Positions 34,383 to 45,258 of a DNA stretch of 64,000 nt are shown piece by piece. Made by a program: the position numbers and the translations under genes. The notes under the pieces were generated by a model. The model worked only from the letters and a program-made list of their open reading frames with translations, did not search any database and had not been told where the DNA came from. Origin of the DNA: Thecamonas trahens ATCC 50062. Lineage: Eukaryota; Protista; Apusomonadida. The stretch spans positions 62,001 through 126,000 of the forward strand of contig NW_013657629.1 in NCBI RefSeq assembly GCF_000142905.1, written 5' to 3'. Numbering within the stretch: position 1 is the first letter of the stretch; every line of letters starts with the position of its first letter.

Positions 34383-34960
34383 AGCCCTTGGCCGAGTTGT
34401 GTCGCACGATGGGCCCTTGGCCGCACGATGAGCCCTTGGCCGAGTTGTGTCGCACGATGAGCCCTTGGCCGAGTTGTGTCGCACGATGAGCCCTTGGCCG
34501 AGTTGAGCCCTTGGCCGAGTTGTGTCGCACGATGAGCCCTTGGCCGAGTTGTGTCGCACGATGGGCCCTTGGCCGAGTTGTGTCGCACGATGGGCCCTTG
34601 GCCGAGTTGTGTCGCACGATGGGCCCTTGGCCGCACGATGAGCCCTTGGCCGAGTTGTGTCGCACGATGAGCCCTTGGCCGAGTTGTGTCGCACGATGGG
34701 CCCTTGGCCGCACGATGAGCCCTTGGCCGAGTTGTGTCGCACGATGGGCCCTTGGCCGCACGATGAGCCCTTGGCCGAGTTGTGTCGCACGATGAGCCCT
34801 TGGCCGAGTTGTGTCGCACGACGAGCCCTTGGCCGACTTGTGCCGCACGACGAGCCCTTGGCCGAGTTGTGTCGCACGATGGGCCCTTGGCCGCACGATG
34901 AGCCCTTGGCCGAGTTGTGTCGCACGATGAGCCCTTGGCCGAGTTGTGTCGCACGACGAG
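34383..34960 (+). repeat. Minisatellite of 29-bp units interspersed with 19-bp deletion variants
   Basis: G(A/G)GCCCTTGGCCGAGTTGTGTCGCACGAT and GGGCCCTTGGCCGCACGAT; roughly 20 or more units, no unique spacers. Confidence 0.95.
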
Positions 34961-35535
34961 TACGACTCGGACTGGACCGTGACACTCCCCTCCTGATTGG
35001 CGGCGGAATATCGGCCAATACAATGGGTGAACCACCACTCCCTCCGCCTTTGGAGAGGAGCAGTGCTGCGAACCCAGCATACTCGACTGAGGTACGCCAC
35101 CACGCAGGGAAGGGGGAGGGAGGGGAGGGGGGGAGAGGAGGGGGGACAGAATGGGGAGAGGACGCAGGGAAAGGGGGGCAGAGTGGGTTGCTGTGGCAAG
35201 CAGGGCGGTGGGCGGGCGTGGCCGGTGGGGCGGTGGGCGTGGAAGGCCGGGTGATCCCGTTCTTCGCCTTAACCTACTTTGTCTCCCGGAGCAGGCCGTG
35301 CCGGCGCCAGGAACTCGCCGGCCAACCTGGCCCTCGCTTCCCTTCCCGTCAGCCCTTCCCCTCTTGCTCCCTCTTTGTGTGCACACCCTCTACCCGTGTT
35401 GCTCCTGCTGTAGCCGTGTCGTGCCGTGCCGGACGGAGGGGGAGGTGGAGTGCGGCGTGCGCGTGCGTCAGCCAACTCACGTGGGCTGCTGAGCGAGGCG
35501 GGCGCAGCAGCTGGAGCGAGTTTCAGCTGGAGGGC

Positions 35536-37347
35536 ATGGGCAGTGTCTCGGCAGCGAGTTTGCTAAGAAAGGTGGGCATGGTGGGCGTGCTGGTGCTGGT
35601 GGCTCTGGTGGCTCTGGCTGCGGCGGAGGAGGTCCCAGAGCAGGTGATGGGCAGGATGGGCGGCGAGGCGGCGGCGATGCGGGCCGAGGCGCGGCGGGCG
35701 ATGGCGGCGGTGCATGACGGGCTCGGAACGCGGCTGGGCGAGCTGCGGGCGATGGTCCCGGGAGGACTTCAGGCTGTCTCGTCCGAGTGCGAGGTGGCGG
35801 CGAACAGGGTGGTGGGCATCATGAACGCGGCCGAGTGCGCGGTGGTGTTTGACGAGAACGACTCGAGGAACATCTGGAAGGCGAGCGAGAAGGCCGAGCT
35901 GGAGGTCACGATCCCGCAGTTCTGCGAGTCGTCGTGCCGGAGCGAGCTAAGCCCGGCGTTCAAGTCGCTGTTGCGGACGTGCAGCCGGGAAGAGCTCGGC
36001 GATCTTGGGATCAGCGACAAGACCGTGGTGGACCTGCGGGTCACGCTCACGCTGCCATGCTTCCAGGTGGAAGGGCGTTACTGCTTCCCCGAGGTTGTGG
36101 AGTTTGGCCAGCTGTTTGGCGGCAACACGGTGCTGACGCAGCAGATCCTGGACACGGCGTGCTCGCAGTGCAAGCGCAAGTACTTTTACACGCTGGTCAC
36201 GCTCTCGACGGTGGACGTTGATGCGGCGCGGAGCCTGGCGGCGACATTTGAGCTGACGTGCCTGCGGGCGATACCAAAGACCGGCAAGTACTGCATGCTC
36301 GAGTTCGAGGATATCAACGAGTTCAAGCGGCAACGGCCCGAGCCGAGTACGGCGGCGGTGTTTACACGCATGTGTGCGACCAACTGCATGGCGCGGCTGG
36401 GCGCGGTCTCGCGGGCGTTCAATGTAAGTGGGACGTCGAACGCCGACTTTCGGACGTCGCAGACATTCTGCCACCGCGACCCTGCGGGTGAACTGTGCGT
36501 GGTGCGTGTGGTCAACGCGCTTGGCGAGCTGTCCTCGTGCCCATCGACCACGTGTCCGGGATGCGCTCCCGAGACCGGCCAGGGATGTGCAAGCCAGCAG
36601 GCGCCGTACTGCGACGGCGACCGCGGGTCGGATGCGCAGCAGGCGGCCGGGTACTGCAACGCGACCATGTGCGGTGGAGCCATCGACACCTTTCTCTCGG
36701 CCACGGGCTGCTGCTCGTCCACAGTGGTGGCCGTCATGCCGTCAGTGGCGGCGCAGCACCGGCTGGTCTCGTGGGTCACCCGGCCGCCGCCGGTTGGCTG
36801 CGACCGCACGTTCAACGCCGTCTGCATCGGCGAGCTCGTGGCGGTCCGTCTCGTTGTCCGTAACCTGCGGCGGGCGTGGGTCGAGAGCAATCGCGCCGCG
36901 CTGCAATCCGCCATCGTCGCGGACCTGGCCGCCAACACTGGCATCCAGCCGCAGTACATGGCCAACTTTGTGGTGGTGAGCACCGGCGCTGCCGCCGTGC
37001 CCAGCTCGGAGAGCGAAGCGGCTGTTGCTGCCGACCCGATCGCCACAACTGCCACCACGGTGACCATCGACATCAACGCGGCGTCGTCGGCCGACGCGCG
37101 ATCGGTATCGCTCATCCTCGCAACTGGCACCTTTGTCTCACCGCAAACCTCAGCGCTGGGCGAGGATGCGGTGGACAATGCCGAGCTCGGCATTGCAGTT
37201 GCCCCCGCCGCCACCTCGTGCTCGTCGTGCGTCCAGGAGACGCCGGCGTCCGGCGCTCGTGCTGGCGCTCACGCCATCGCGCCACTTCCTTTGCTCCTCG
37301 CCCTCTTAGCAGTTGTGTGTGCACAGTGGCTGTTTCTGTCGTCATAA
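35536..37347 (+). CDS. Secreted Cys-rich, probably GPI-anchored surface protein, paralogue A
   Basis: Signal peptide MGSVS..VLVLVALVALAAA; about 30 Cys; hydrophobic C-terminus; collinear with 38060-39841. Confidence 0.85.
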   Translation: MGSVSAASLLRKVGMVGVLVLVALVALAAAEEVPEQVMGRMGGEAAAMRAEARRAMAAVHDGLGTRLGELRAMVPGGLQAVSSECEVAANRVVGIMNAAECAVVFDENDSRNIWKASEKAELEVTIPQFCESSCRSELSPAFKSLLRTCSREELGDLGISDKTVVDLRVTLTLPCFQVEGRYCFPEVVEFGQLFGGNTVLTQQILDTACSQCKRKYFYTLVTLSTVDVDAARSLAATFELTCLRAIPKTGKYCMLEFEDINEFKRQRPEPSTAAVFTRMCATNCMARLGAVSRAFNVSGTSNADFRTSQTFCHRDPAGELCVVRVVNALGELSSCPSTTCPGCAPETGQGCASQQAPYCDGDRGSDAQQAAGYCNATMCGGAIDTFLSATGCCSSTVVAVMPSVAAQHRLVSWVTRPPPVGCDRTFNAVCIGELVAVRLVVRNLRRAWVESNRAALQSAIVADLAANTGIQPQYMANFVVVSTGAAAVPSSESEAAVAADPIATTATTVTIDINAASSADARSVSLILATGTFVSPQTSALGEDAVDNAELGIAVAPAATSCSSCVQETPASGARAGAHAIAPLPLLLALLAVVCAQWLFLSS

Positions 37348-38059
37348 ACATCGGCCGCAAATCTATTTGCGGAAGCGGGGGGGATTGGGGGGTGGGGGGG
37401 GGTGGGGTGGGGGGGGAGGGTGGGGGGGGTGGGGAGGCAGGAGAAAGAACGAAGGTACTTCACTGTTTATCCATGTACGCCCTCCACCACTCACCACCAC
37501 CGCCACCACCCCCGCCAGCCGTAGCCCCCACCCCCACCCCCACCCCCTCCCACACACGCACACATGCACATAAGCACAAACGCCCATCCCCACCGCCTCC
37601 GCCCCTCCCTTCCTCCCTTCCTCCCTTCCTCCCTCCTGCTCCTCGCAACTCCCCAGAGACAACAGCGCCATTAAAGCCGCAGCCGTACCCAATATCGGCG
37701 TCCCCCTTGCCACTGCCCACCTCCACTGCCCACCACCACCACCACCCCCACTGCCCCACCCCCACCACCACTACCACCACCCACCACCACCACTCCCTCC
37801 TCCCTTCTTTTCTTTTCACCCTCCCCCGTCATCCCCCCTCATCCCCTCATCCCCCCCCCCCAACCTCCCCGTCCTCTCTCACCACAATTTTTGTTCGCCA
37901 ACGTCACTGCGACTGCTGCGCACTTCTTCCGTTTGTCTTCGTCTTTCCTTCGCCCGCTTTTTTTTGCCCTCCACCTAAAAAGGGAGTCTTTTTCCACAAC
38001 ACTCAGCGGCGACTGACAGACACTCACTCAAACACCCCGCTGCACAGACGGTATCTATC

Positions 38060-39841
38060 ATGATGATGAAGACTCTGCTTGTGGTGGCCATCGTGCTGGT
38101 GGTCGCTGCAGTGGCCGACGAGGAGCACGAGCGCCACCTTCGGACGATGGCCAAGGCCCGTGCCTTTGCCTCGCACCCCGACAACGGCAACAAGCTGGCC
38201 GGCGTCCATGGACGCATCTCAGCCAAGCTCGGCGAGATTCGCCAGCAGGCGCAGGAGCTCCAGGCGCATGCCTCGCGCGCGCTCTCTGCCCGTGCAGTCT
38301 CTGACGACTGCGCCGCCGCCACGGCTCTTGTGTGGCAGTCCGTCTCGGCCGAAGAGTGCAAGGTGGTCTTTGACGACAACAACCCGCAGAACATCTGGAA
38401 GTCCACGTCCAAGTCTGAGCTCGAGCAGACGATCCCTGCGTTCTGCGAGTCGGACTGCCGCGCCACCCTTCTGCCGCGCTTCCGCTCTATGCTCCGCACC
38501 TGCAACCGCGCTGAGCTCCGCGAGCTCAACGTGACGGTCGAGACCATTGTCCACGTCCGCCTTGCCCTCAAGCTCCCGTGCTTCCAGGTCAACGGCCAGT
38601 ACTGCTTCCCGGAGGTGACCGAGTTTGAGACGGCCTTTGCCAACAACGCCAATCCGACCCAGGAGTCGCTTGGCCAGGCATGCACAACGTGCAAGCGCCG
38701 CTACGTTCTCGCCATGGTCGCCCTGCACACTCAGGACCCCGAGGCCGTCAGCGGCGTCGCTGCCCTCTTCCAGATCCTCTGCCTCCGCTCGCGCCCGCGC
38801 ACCGGCAAGTTCTGCCTCCCCGAGTTCCACGCGATCGGCGAGTATGCCAAGACCTCGCCGCCTGTTGCCGATCTCTTCAAGCGCCAGTGCGAGACCAACT
38901 GCATTGCCCGCCTCGGTGCCCTCGCCCGCGCCTTTAACTTCTCGGGCTTCTCTGGCGACGACTTTAAGAACACCCAGCTGTTCTGCTACCGCGACGACAA
39001 CAACAAGCTCTGCCTTGTCCGCATCTTTGAGACCATCGACTCGCTCAAGGCGTGCCCGTCGACGACCTGCACCGGCTGCGACACCGAGACCGGTGCCGGC
39101 TGCGACAACAAGACTGCGCCTTACTGCGCTGGCGACCGCGGCGCGGACGCCCAGCAGAAGGAGGGTTACTGCGACAACGCCATGTGCGGCGGGGCCATCG
39201 ACACATTCATGTCCAACACAGGCTGCTGCTCCAACCTCATCGTCGCCCTCGCCGACACCCAGGAGAAGCGGGCCCAGTTGCACAACTGGGTGACCAAGCC
39301 GCAGCCGGCCGGCTGCGGCCGCACGTTCAACACCAAGTGCGTTGGCGAGAAGATCTTTGTCCGCCTCGTCGTCCGCAACCTCCTCTCCACCTGGGTCGAG
39401 GCCAACCTCCGCCAGCTCGAGGCCGCCATCATTGCCGACCTTGCCGCCAACACCGGCATTGAGGCCGAGTACATGTCCAAGTTCACCGTCGAGGGCACCT
39501 CGGCCTCCTCCCGCTCGGAATTCGAGCTTATCAAGCCCTCGTCTTGGTTCTCTGCCCGCTCCACCGGCACCGAGACCACCATCTCCATCGAGCTCGACGC
39601 CCCGTCGTCGCGCGAGGCCCACGAGGCTTACCTCCAGCTCTCTGCCGGTGAGTTCATCTCGCCCAAGACCTCGACCTCGGTCTCCGAGGACGGCGTGGCC
39701 AACCAGGAGGACGGTGTGACCGTCGAGTCCAAGTCGACCTCGTGCAACTCGTGCACTTCGGCTGCCACCAACGCCTCGCGCCTCCCGGCCTTTGCCGTCG
39801 CCGCCATTGCCGTCGTTGCCGCTTTTTTTGCCATGCTCTAG
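38060..39841 (+). CDS. Secreted Cys-rich, probably GPI-anchored surface protein, paralogue B
   Basis: MKTLLVVAIVLVVAAVA signal; shares NIWK, FCES.CR, LPCFQV.G.YCFPEV, MCGGAIDTF...TGCCS and IADLAANTGI with paralogue A. Confidence 0.88.
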   Translation: MMMKTLLVVAIVLVVAAVADEEHERHLRTMAKARAFASHPDNGNKLAGVHGRISAKLGEIRQQAQELQAHASRALSARAVSDDCAAATALVWQSVSAEECKVVFDDNNPQNIWKSTSKSELEQTIPAFCESDCRATLLPRFRSMLRTCNRAELRELNVTVETIVHVRLALKLPCFQVNGQYCFPEVTEFETAFANNANPTQESLGQACTTCKRRYVLAMVALHTQDPEAVSGVAALFQILCLRSRPRTGKFCLPEFHAIGEYAKTSPPVADLFKRQCETNCIARLGALARAFNFSGFSGDDFKNTQLFCYRDDNNKLCLVRIFETIDSLKACPSTTCTGCDTETGAGCDNKTAPYCAGDRGADAQQKEGYCDNAMCGGAIDTFMSNTGCCSNLIVALADTQEKRAQLHNWVTKPQPAGCGRTFNTKCVGEKIFVRLVVRNLLSTWVEANLRQLEAAIIADLAANTGIEAEYMSKFTVEGTSASSRSEFELIKPSSWFSARSTGTETTISIELDAPSSREAHEAYLQLSAGEFISPKTSTSVSEDGVANQEDGVTVESKSTSCNSCTSAATNASRLPAFAVAAIAVVAAFFAML

Positions 39842-40184
39842 ATGGCGACAGCTAAACAACCATTTGTCCCGTATGCACTGATCTTTGTGGGCGAGCCAAG
39901 GTGTGAGTGCGGGCCGAGTAGGGTGCGGACCGGGCGAGCGCAGGTGAAGCGAGAGCAAGCCAAGCGAGGGCATGGCATCACGCGAGAGCGAGCAAAGTGC
40001 CAAGCAAGCGAGAGGAGATCGAAGAAGAAGAAGCGAGGCTTGGGTTGGGGGTGGAGGAGCGTGGGGGCGTGGGGGGCAGGGGGAAGGGGTTGGGGCTTCT
40101 AAATCGAGTAACTGCGCCGGTGTACCGGGACATGAGATAGAAGTGATGTGGTGGCTAAACATTTGGTCCGAATCACGATTTGGC

Positions 40185-40320
40185 ATCAAAACTATAAATA
40201 TATATATTCTAATCCGTAGAATAATATAAATAATTGGCTTCCAAATGATAATTGATTTTTGTTACAATATATTATAAATAACTATATAAATTTTCTGCTA
40301 GCCCTAGATTTTCAGAAAAC
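40185..40320. other. Short, strongly AT-rich island
   Basis: ACTATAAATATATATATTCTAA...TATATTATAAATAACTATATAAATTTT in an otherwise very GC-rich window. Confidence 0.85.
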
Positions 40321-40926
40321 TGTGTCTTATTGTGTCTCCACACCTGTAGAGACCTCTGCAATGCTCTTTCCCCTCTGTGGTGCTTGCTAGGTACATGCAA
40401 TTCCTTTCAAAGTCCTTGCAAACGAGAGTCCAGCGTGTGATCTATATAGCTATGTGCTTCTTGCCATATCATCTGATCTACAGTGTACAAAAAGCCCAAA
40501 AATCTCATGCATGTCTGCGGGCAGAGACTCGCAGCGCGTCTTCTTCAACAAGCGGGACCAAACAGCCACGCAATAGGAGCCGCGCGATGCATGTTTCATA
40601 GCTCGCGGCATACACGTCGCGGCGGTATCGAGCTTAGTTGTGCGCCGAACTCGCGATCCGATCGCCGCACCCTCCCTCCCTCCCTCCCTCCCTCCAACGG
40701 AAATTCAATCCGGTTCCTGCTTGCGACAAGCCCAGACACACACATATCCGCCTCAGGCCACCATCAAGAGCTGGGCCTAAAGCAGCCACTTGTAGGGGCC
40801 GTTGGTAGTACCACCCCGCAAGCCCATGGCTGCAAAAACGACGCGCAAAACTGTCAGCGCACGCGTGTGGCGAGCTTCCATTGCTGGCACGGGTGTGCGA
40901 CCAATGCCACACTCGACGACAGGCGT

Positions 40927-42493
40927 ATGGCGCCAAGAGGACGGAATGCGGCCAGAGCGGCGGGGGGGATGGCTCTTGCTGTGGTGCTGCTGCTAGTAGG
41001 CGTGGTGGGTGCGGCGTCGCCGCTCCGTGTGGGCTTGGTGACGGACCTCGAGCCCTTTGTCTTTGCCGACCCGGCCGGTCGCTTGCGCGGCTTCGACAGG
41101 AACCTCCTCGATGCGCTGGCCGGCGAGATGAAGCGTGAGGTGGAGCCTGTGTTGTTTGCGACGATTCCTGAGCTGCTCGATGCGCTGGCGGTCCCTGCAG
41201 GCGCGTCGAACGCGTCGCTCGACTTTGCGCTCTCGGCGCTCTCGGTCACCCTCCCGCGGCAGCAGGCGTTTGACTTTTCGCAGCCGTACTTTGACTCGGG
41301 CTTGGCGGTGCTGGTTAGCTCATCGAGCGGCGGGCACGCCGCGATTGTGGACGCGCTCTTCTCGCCACTCTTTCTTCTCCTCATCTTCATATTTGTCCTT
41401 GGCCTGCTCGTCTTTGGCCACTGTCTCTGGCTCTGCGAGCGGCGGACGAACTCGGAGTTCTCACCAGGCTACGCCGCAGGCGCTTTGATGGCGTGTGGTG
41501 GGCGTCGGTCACCGCCACCACCGTCGGCTACGGCGACATCTCACCGCATTCGCGCGCTGGCAAGCTCGCTGCCATCTTCATCATGTTCTGGGGCCTTGTT
41601 GTTACTTCGTTTTTGTCGGTACCGTCTCGTCAGCCCTCACTCTCTCCGCGCTCGCCTCCTCAATCAACGGCGTCAGCGACTTGCCTGGCAAGCGCGTCGG
41701 CATTGTCATGGGCCAAGCCTCGGCAGACTACGCCACCACTCACATTCCGGCCCAATTTCACAACTACGTCGATCTCAACCGGGCCGTCGACGCTCTGCTG
41801 GCCGGCGAGCTCGACGCCATTGTCGACGACGCCCCGCTCGTCCTCTACTTTGCGTCGAAAGCATCTGGGGGCCGCGCCAAGGTTGTCGGCGACATTTTCA
41901 ACGACCAGCGCTACGCCGCCGGACTCCCGTTTGCCTCGCCCATCGCCGAGGAGCTCAATGTCGCGCTGGCCAAGCTCGAGTCCGACGGCACCATTGCCAG
42001 CCTCTACCAGCGCTGGTTCGTGCCGACCCATGGCGAGACTGGCGAGAACGGCAGCGATCAGATCAATGTCTCACATGGTAACCTTGTCGGCTTTGGCACC
42101 GCCATGGGTGTCGTTCTCACCATGACTCTTGTGGGCTGCATCGCCGCAACCGCCTTTGCCCGCAACCGCGACGCTGCCGATGCGAGCCGCCTACCCAGCA
42201 CTCCCGGCATGGCTGACGCCCTCGTCGCCAAGCCTGGCGGCGGTTGTGACTTGGAAATGGCCCCGCTTGTTCCGCCTCGTAACGCCGACTCGCAGCTCTC
42301 GCTCCTCACGGCCGAAGTTCTCGAACTGAAGGCCATGGTTGCCGCCCTCGCTGGTGCATCGACGACCGCCCGGCCAGCTGGCGCCAGGCGCCGCGGCCAC
42401 CTTGAGCCGTCCCGATTCGAGGGCGCGCCTGGGTCGAGCGGCGGCGACGAGCCGCTGGATTCGACCGGCTACGCTGCATGGAAGGACGAGTAG
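40927..42493 (+). CDS. GluR0-like ionotropic glutamate receptor with K+-channel filter (S1-M1-P-M2-S2 plus extra TM); two apparent -1 frameshifts
   Basis: Signal peptide; S1 LRVG..EPFV..GFD..ALSVTLPRQQAFDFSQPYFDSGL; M1 then WLCERR.N; pore WWASVTATTVGYGDISP; M2; S2 INGVSDLPGKRVG..DAIVDDAPLVLY..YQRWF. Frameshifts at about 41485 and 41612. Confidence 0.88.
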
Positions 42494-42513
42494 CGACAGT
42501 CGCTGCACGTATG

Positions 42514-44893
42514 CTACTCGCGCTTGGTGGTGAAGAAGATAAAGTCCTTCTTGGTGATCACGCCCTGGAGTCGCCCGCGGAAGCAGATCCACATGTGTGA
42601 AACGCCGGCCATCTTGAACAAAAAGTCGACTCGTTGGAGCGTTGTCGACGGCGCAAGCGTAAACGGCGCGTCGTCGACGACCACCTCTGGTGCGGCAAAT
42701 GGAAACGGTGTAGCGTCGAGAATATCACGGACAGAGCGGTTGACGAGCGCGTCGAGTGCAGCGGTCCGCGGCGCAGAGAGCGGGATCGGGCCCTCGACAT
42801 CCGCCAGCGACCGAGTCCATCCCGAGCCGAGCGTGCTGACGCTTGCCGCTCGTCGCCGCAAAGGTGGTGATGCCAGCAAGCCGGCTTCGGGGTCACCACC
42901 GTCATCGACCACGCTCAGGTACGCAACATCATCCTCACCCGCCACAGCATCGGCGCCAACAACCGGTGCCGGCGTCCACATACCGCCCCAACCGCCAGAC
43001 GCCAGCTCGACCGACGCAGTGGTGGAGGCGCGCATGCGGCGATCCGCCGCGAGCGTCGGCAGTGCAGTCCCGCTACTGTCGTCGTCGTCATCATCATCAT
43101 CATAGGAATCGCCAAGTGAGCAATCGGCACTGTGTCGTCATTGACACCTTTCTCGCTGTCATCGGTCGATCCTGTCACCTCCCACGCCGGCTGGACAAGG
43201 CCGCGAGTGGGTGGGTGTCGGGCAATGGGGCCGAGGTCGGCCGCCGAGTGGCCGGCAGAGCGGAGCGAAGTGGCAAAGGCGTAGAGCTCGTCCTCAAGTG
43301 AAGCGCGCGCCACCACACCAAGAAACACATCGTTGTCTGTGGAGTCGACCCAGGGTAGACCCATGTAGTCGTGACCGTGGAGTGCGTCAAGAACGTCGCC
43401 GTACGTCGAGTTGAGGGTGAGCGTAATGAGCTCAGTCCGCATCAGCGACGACGCCGGTGCGTAGTACTGCTCAGGCTTGACTTTGGGTAGGAATGGGATG
43501 TTCTTGATGGAGAGCAGCACCTCATAGAACGGGAGTGTGAGCAGGTTGCCGACCGAGTAAGCAATGAGGACGGCGAGGAACGACGGGACAAGGTGATGGG
43601 TCTGGCCTGTCAGCTCGACAGCAATGATGGCGGTGGAGATGGTCCGGGTGACACCTGCGGTCATTGCCGCGGCGCCGACAATGGCGTACCCGCCAGCAGC
43701 AACGTTGAGGGTCGGGAAGAGGTGCGACATGATTTCGCCGACAAACCGGCCAAAGGCAGCGCCATAGGCAAAGACTGGCGAGAAAACGCCCGAGGGAATC
43801 GGGAGGACGACAGCAGCAGTGGTGAGCACAAACTTGATGGGCACGTAGATACCGAGGTCGAACAGGATGTGATTGAGTGACTCGATCTCCTCGTGCGAGA
43901 CAAGCCGCTCGATGTTGGTCTTCTCGTCCTCATGCAGCAGGCGGTTGAGGAACCAGGTGACTGTGGCCGACACCGCAGTGACGACCGCCACCGAGGTGAG
44001 CGGCCACTTTGCGCCGAGCGCAGGAACGCGGGCCCGCAGATAGATGAGCCGCGAGACAACAAAAACAAGCCAGCGCCCATCAGGCCGGCAGCAAGGCCGA
44101 GGCCGGCGTACGCCACAAACTCTGGGAACGAGTACGGGAGCTGGGTGATGTCGGTCGAGAAGAGTGCGAGGTTCTTGTACACGTCGATGATGGGGATTTC
44201 GGCGAGGGCGCGGACAAAGAAGAGGCCGACGACGGCGGCGTAGTACGCCTTGGGTAGGTTGTCGACAAAGTAGTATGTGGCGGTGACTTCGACCGAGAAG
44301 AGGACCGCGCCAATGGGTGCGCCAAAGGTGGCAGTGACCCCAACCGCCACCGCAGCCGCAAGCAGCTGGATCCGCAGTGGGCCGGCGGCGTAGAGTGGCG
44401 CAAAGAGCGGAATGGTGAAAAGGACAGCGGCCGTGGCAGCGGCAAGATGCACAAACGGGCCTTCCTTGCCGATCGAGAGCCCAGCCGCTTGCGCGGCCAC
44501 AAGGCCAACAAACTTGGTGCCGAGTGTGCGCCCGGAGAGGAAGCCCGCGTGGACCACGCCCGCCAGGTGGCTCTTCATCTCGGGAATACCCGAACCAGCG
44601 GCGGCAGGCGCAATGTACTTGACCAGCGCGGCGGCAACAAGGCCGGCAGCAACCGAGATGCCCACATACGCCACCAGTGAGAGCGCCGCCGGGAGCCCAC
44701 CCGACACCGCCGCCCGCGCCTGCTGGATGTAGGCGATGGCCGCGTTGGCCACGTAGCACACCGTCGTCGCCGTCATGCCCATCGCCGTCAGAAAGACGAG
44801 CGTCAGCAGCGGAATCGGTGCCATAGCCTGCGGCGCCGCCGCCAGCCGCTTGCCCCCGCGCCTGTGTGGCGCCCCAGCCGCGCTCGCCGCCAT
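42514..44893 (-). CDS. CLC chloride channel (ClC-1/2-like) with two CBS domains; two apparent -1 frameshifts
   Basis: GSGIPE, GKEGP, FGAPIGAVLFSVEVT, PSGVFSP..GAAFGR, GYAIVGAAA..VTRT.S..ELTGQ; CBS2 PFTL...LFKM..GRLQGVITKKD. Frameshifts at about 44067 and 43114. Confidence 0.92.
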
Positions 44894-45258
44894 CGTCGTC
44901 GTCGCCACCGCCTCGCCGCCACGCCCGCCGCCGTCGTCTGTCGCCCTCACGTGCCCGCCTGACAGCCCGCCACCTGCGCCCGGAAGGAGCGCCGAATAGA
45001 AGTCAAGCACAAAGTAGCGGTCGACCCGTGGGGGGGGGTTGCAGAGCCATGATATGGTGGGGGGGGGGGGGGGGGGGGGGAGGGGAGGGGAGGGGGGCGG
45101 GTTCGGCGGGTGTGGTGGAGTGTGTCTTCCATTGCGTGGTCTCTGACAGAAGACTGGGTGTTTTTTTTCACTCTGTTCATGCGCCCGGCACGTGATCGAC
45201 AACCTGTCATGGGCACTCTCCGCTCTGTCTTGCGTGATCGGGTGGCAAAGCCGCAGCT

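Noticed and set aside
34383-34960. Possible CRISPR array (29-bp repeats)
   Set aside because: The repeats are directly adjacent with no unique spacers, no cas genes are present, and the context is eukaryotic.
34245-35535. Repeat-derived ORFs and the 896-aa extension of paralogue A
   Set aside because: These are translations of the minisatellite and G-rich intergenic DNA; the signal peptide indicates a start at 35536.
38219-40189. 656-aa minus-strand ORF, and similar ones at 9010-10317, 27679-29121 and 60369-61262
   Set aside because: In-register antisense to genuine genes, with no independent motifs.
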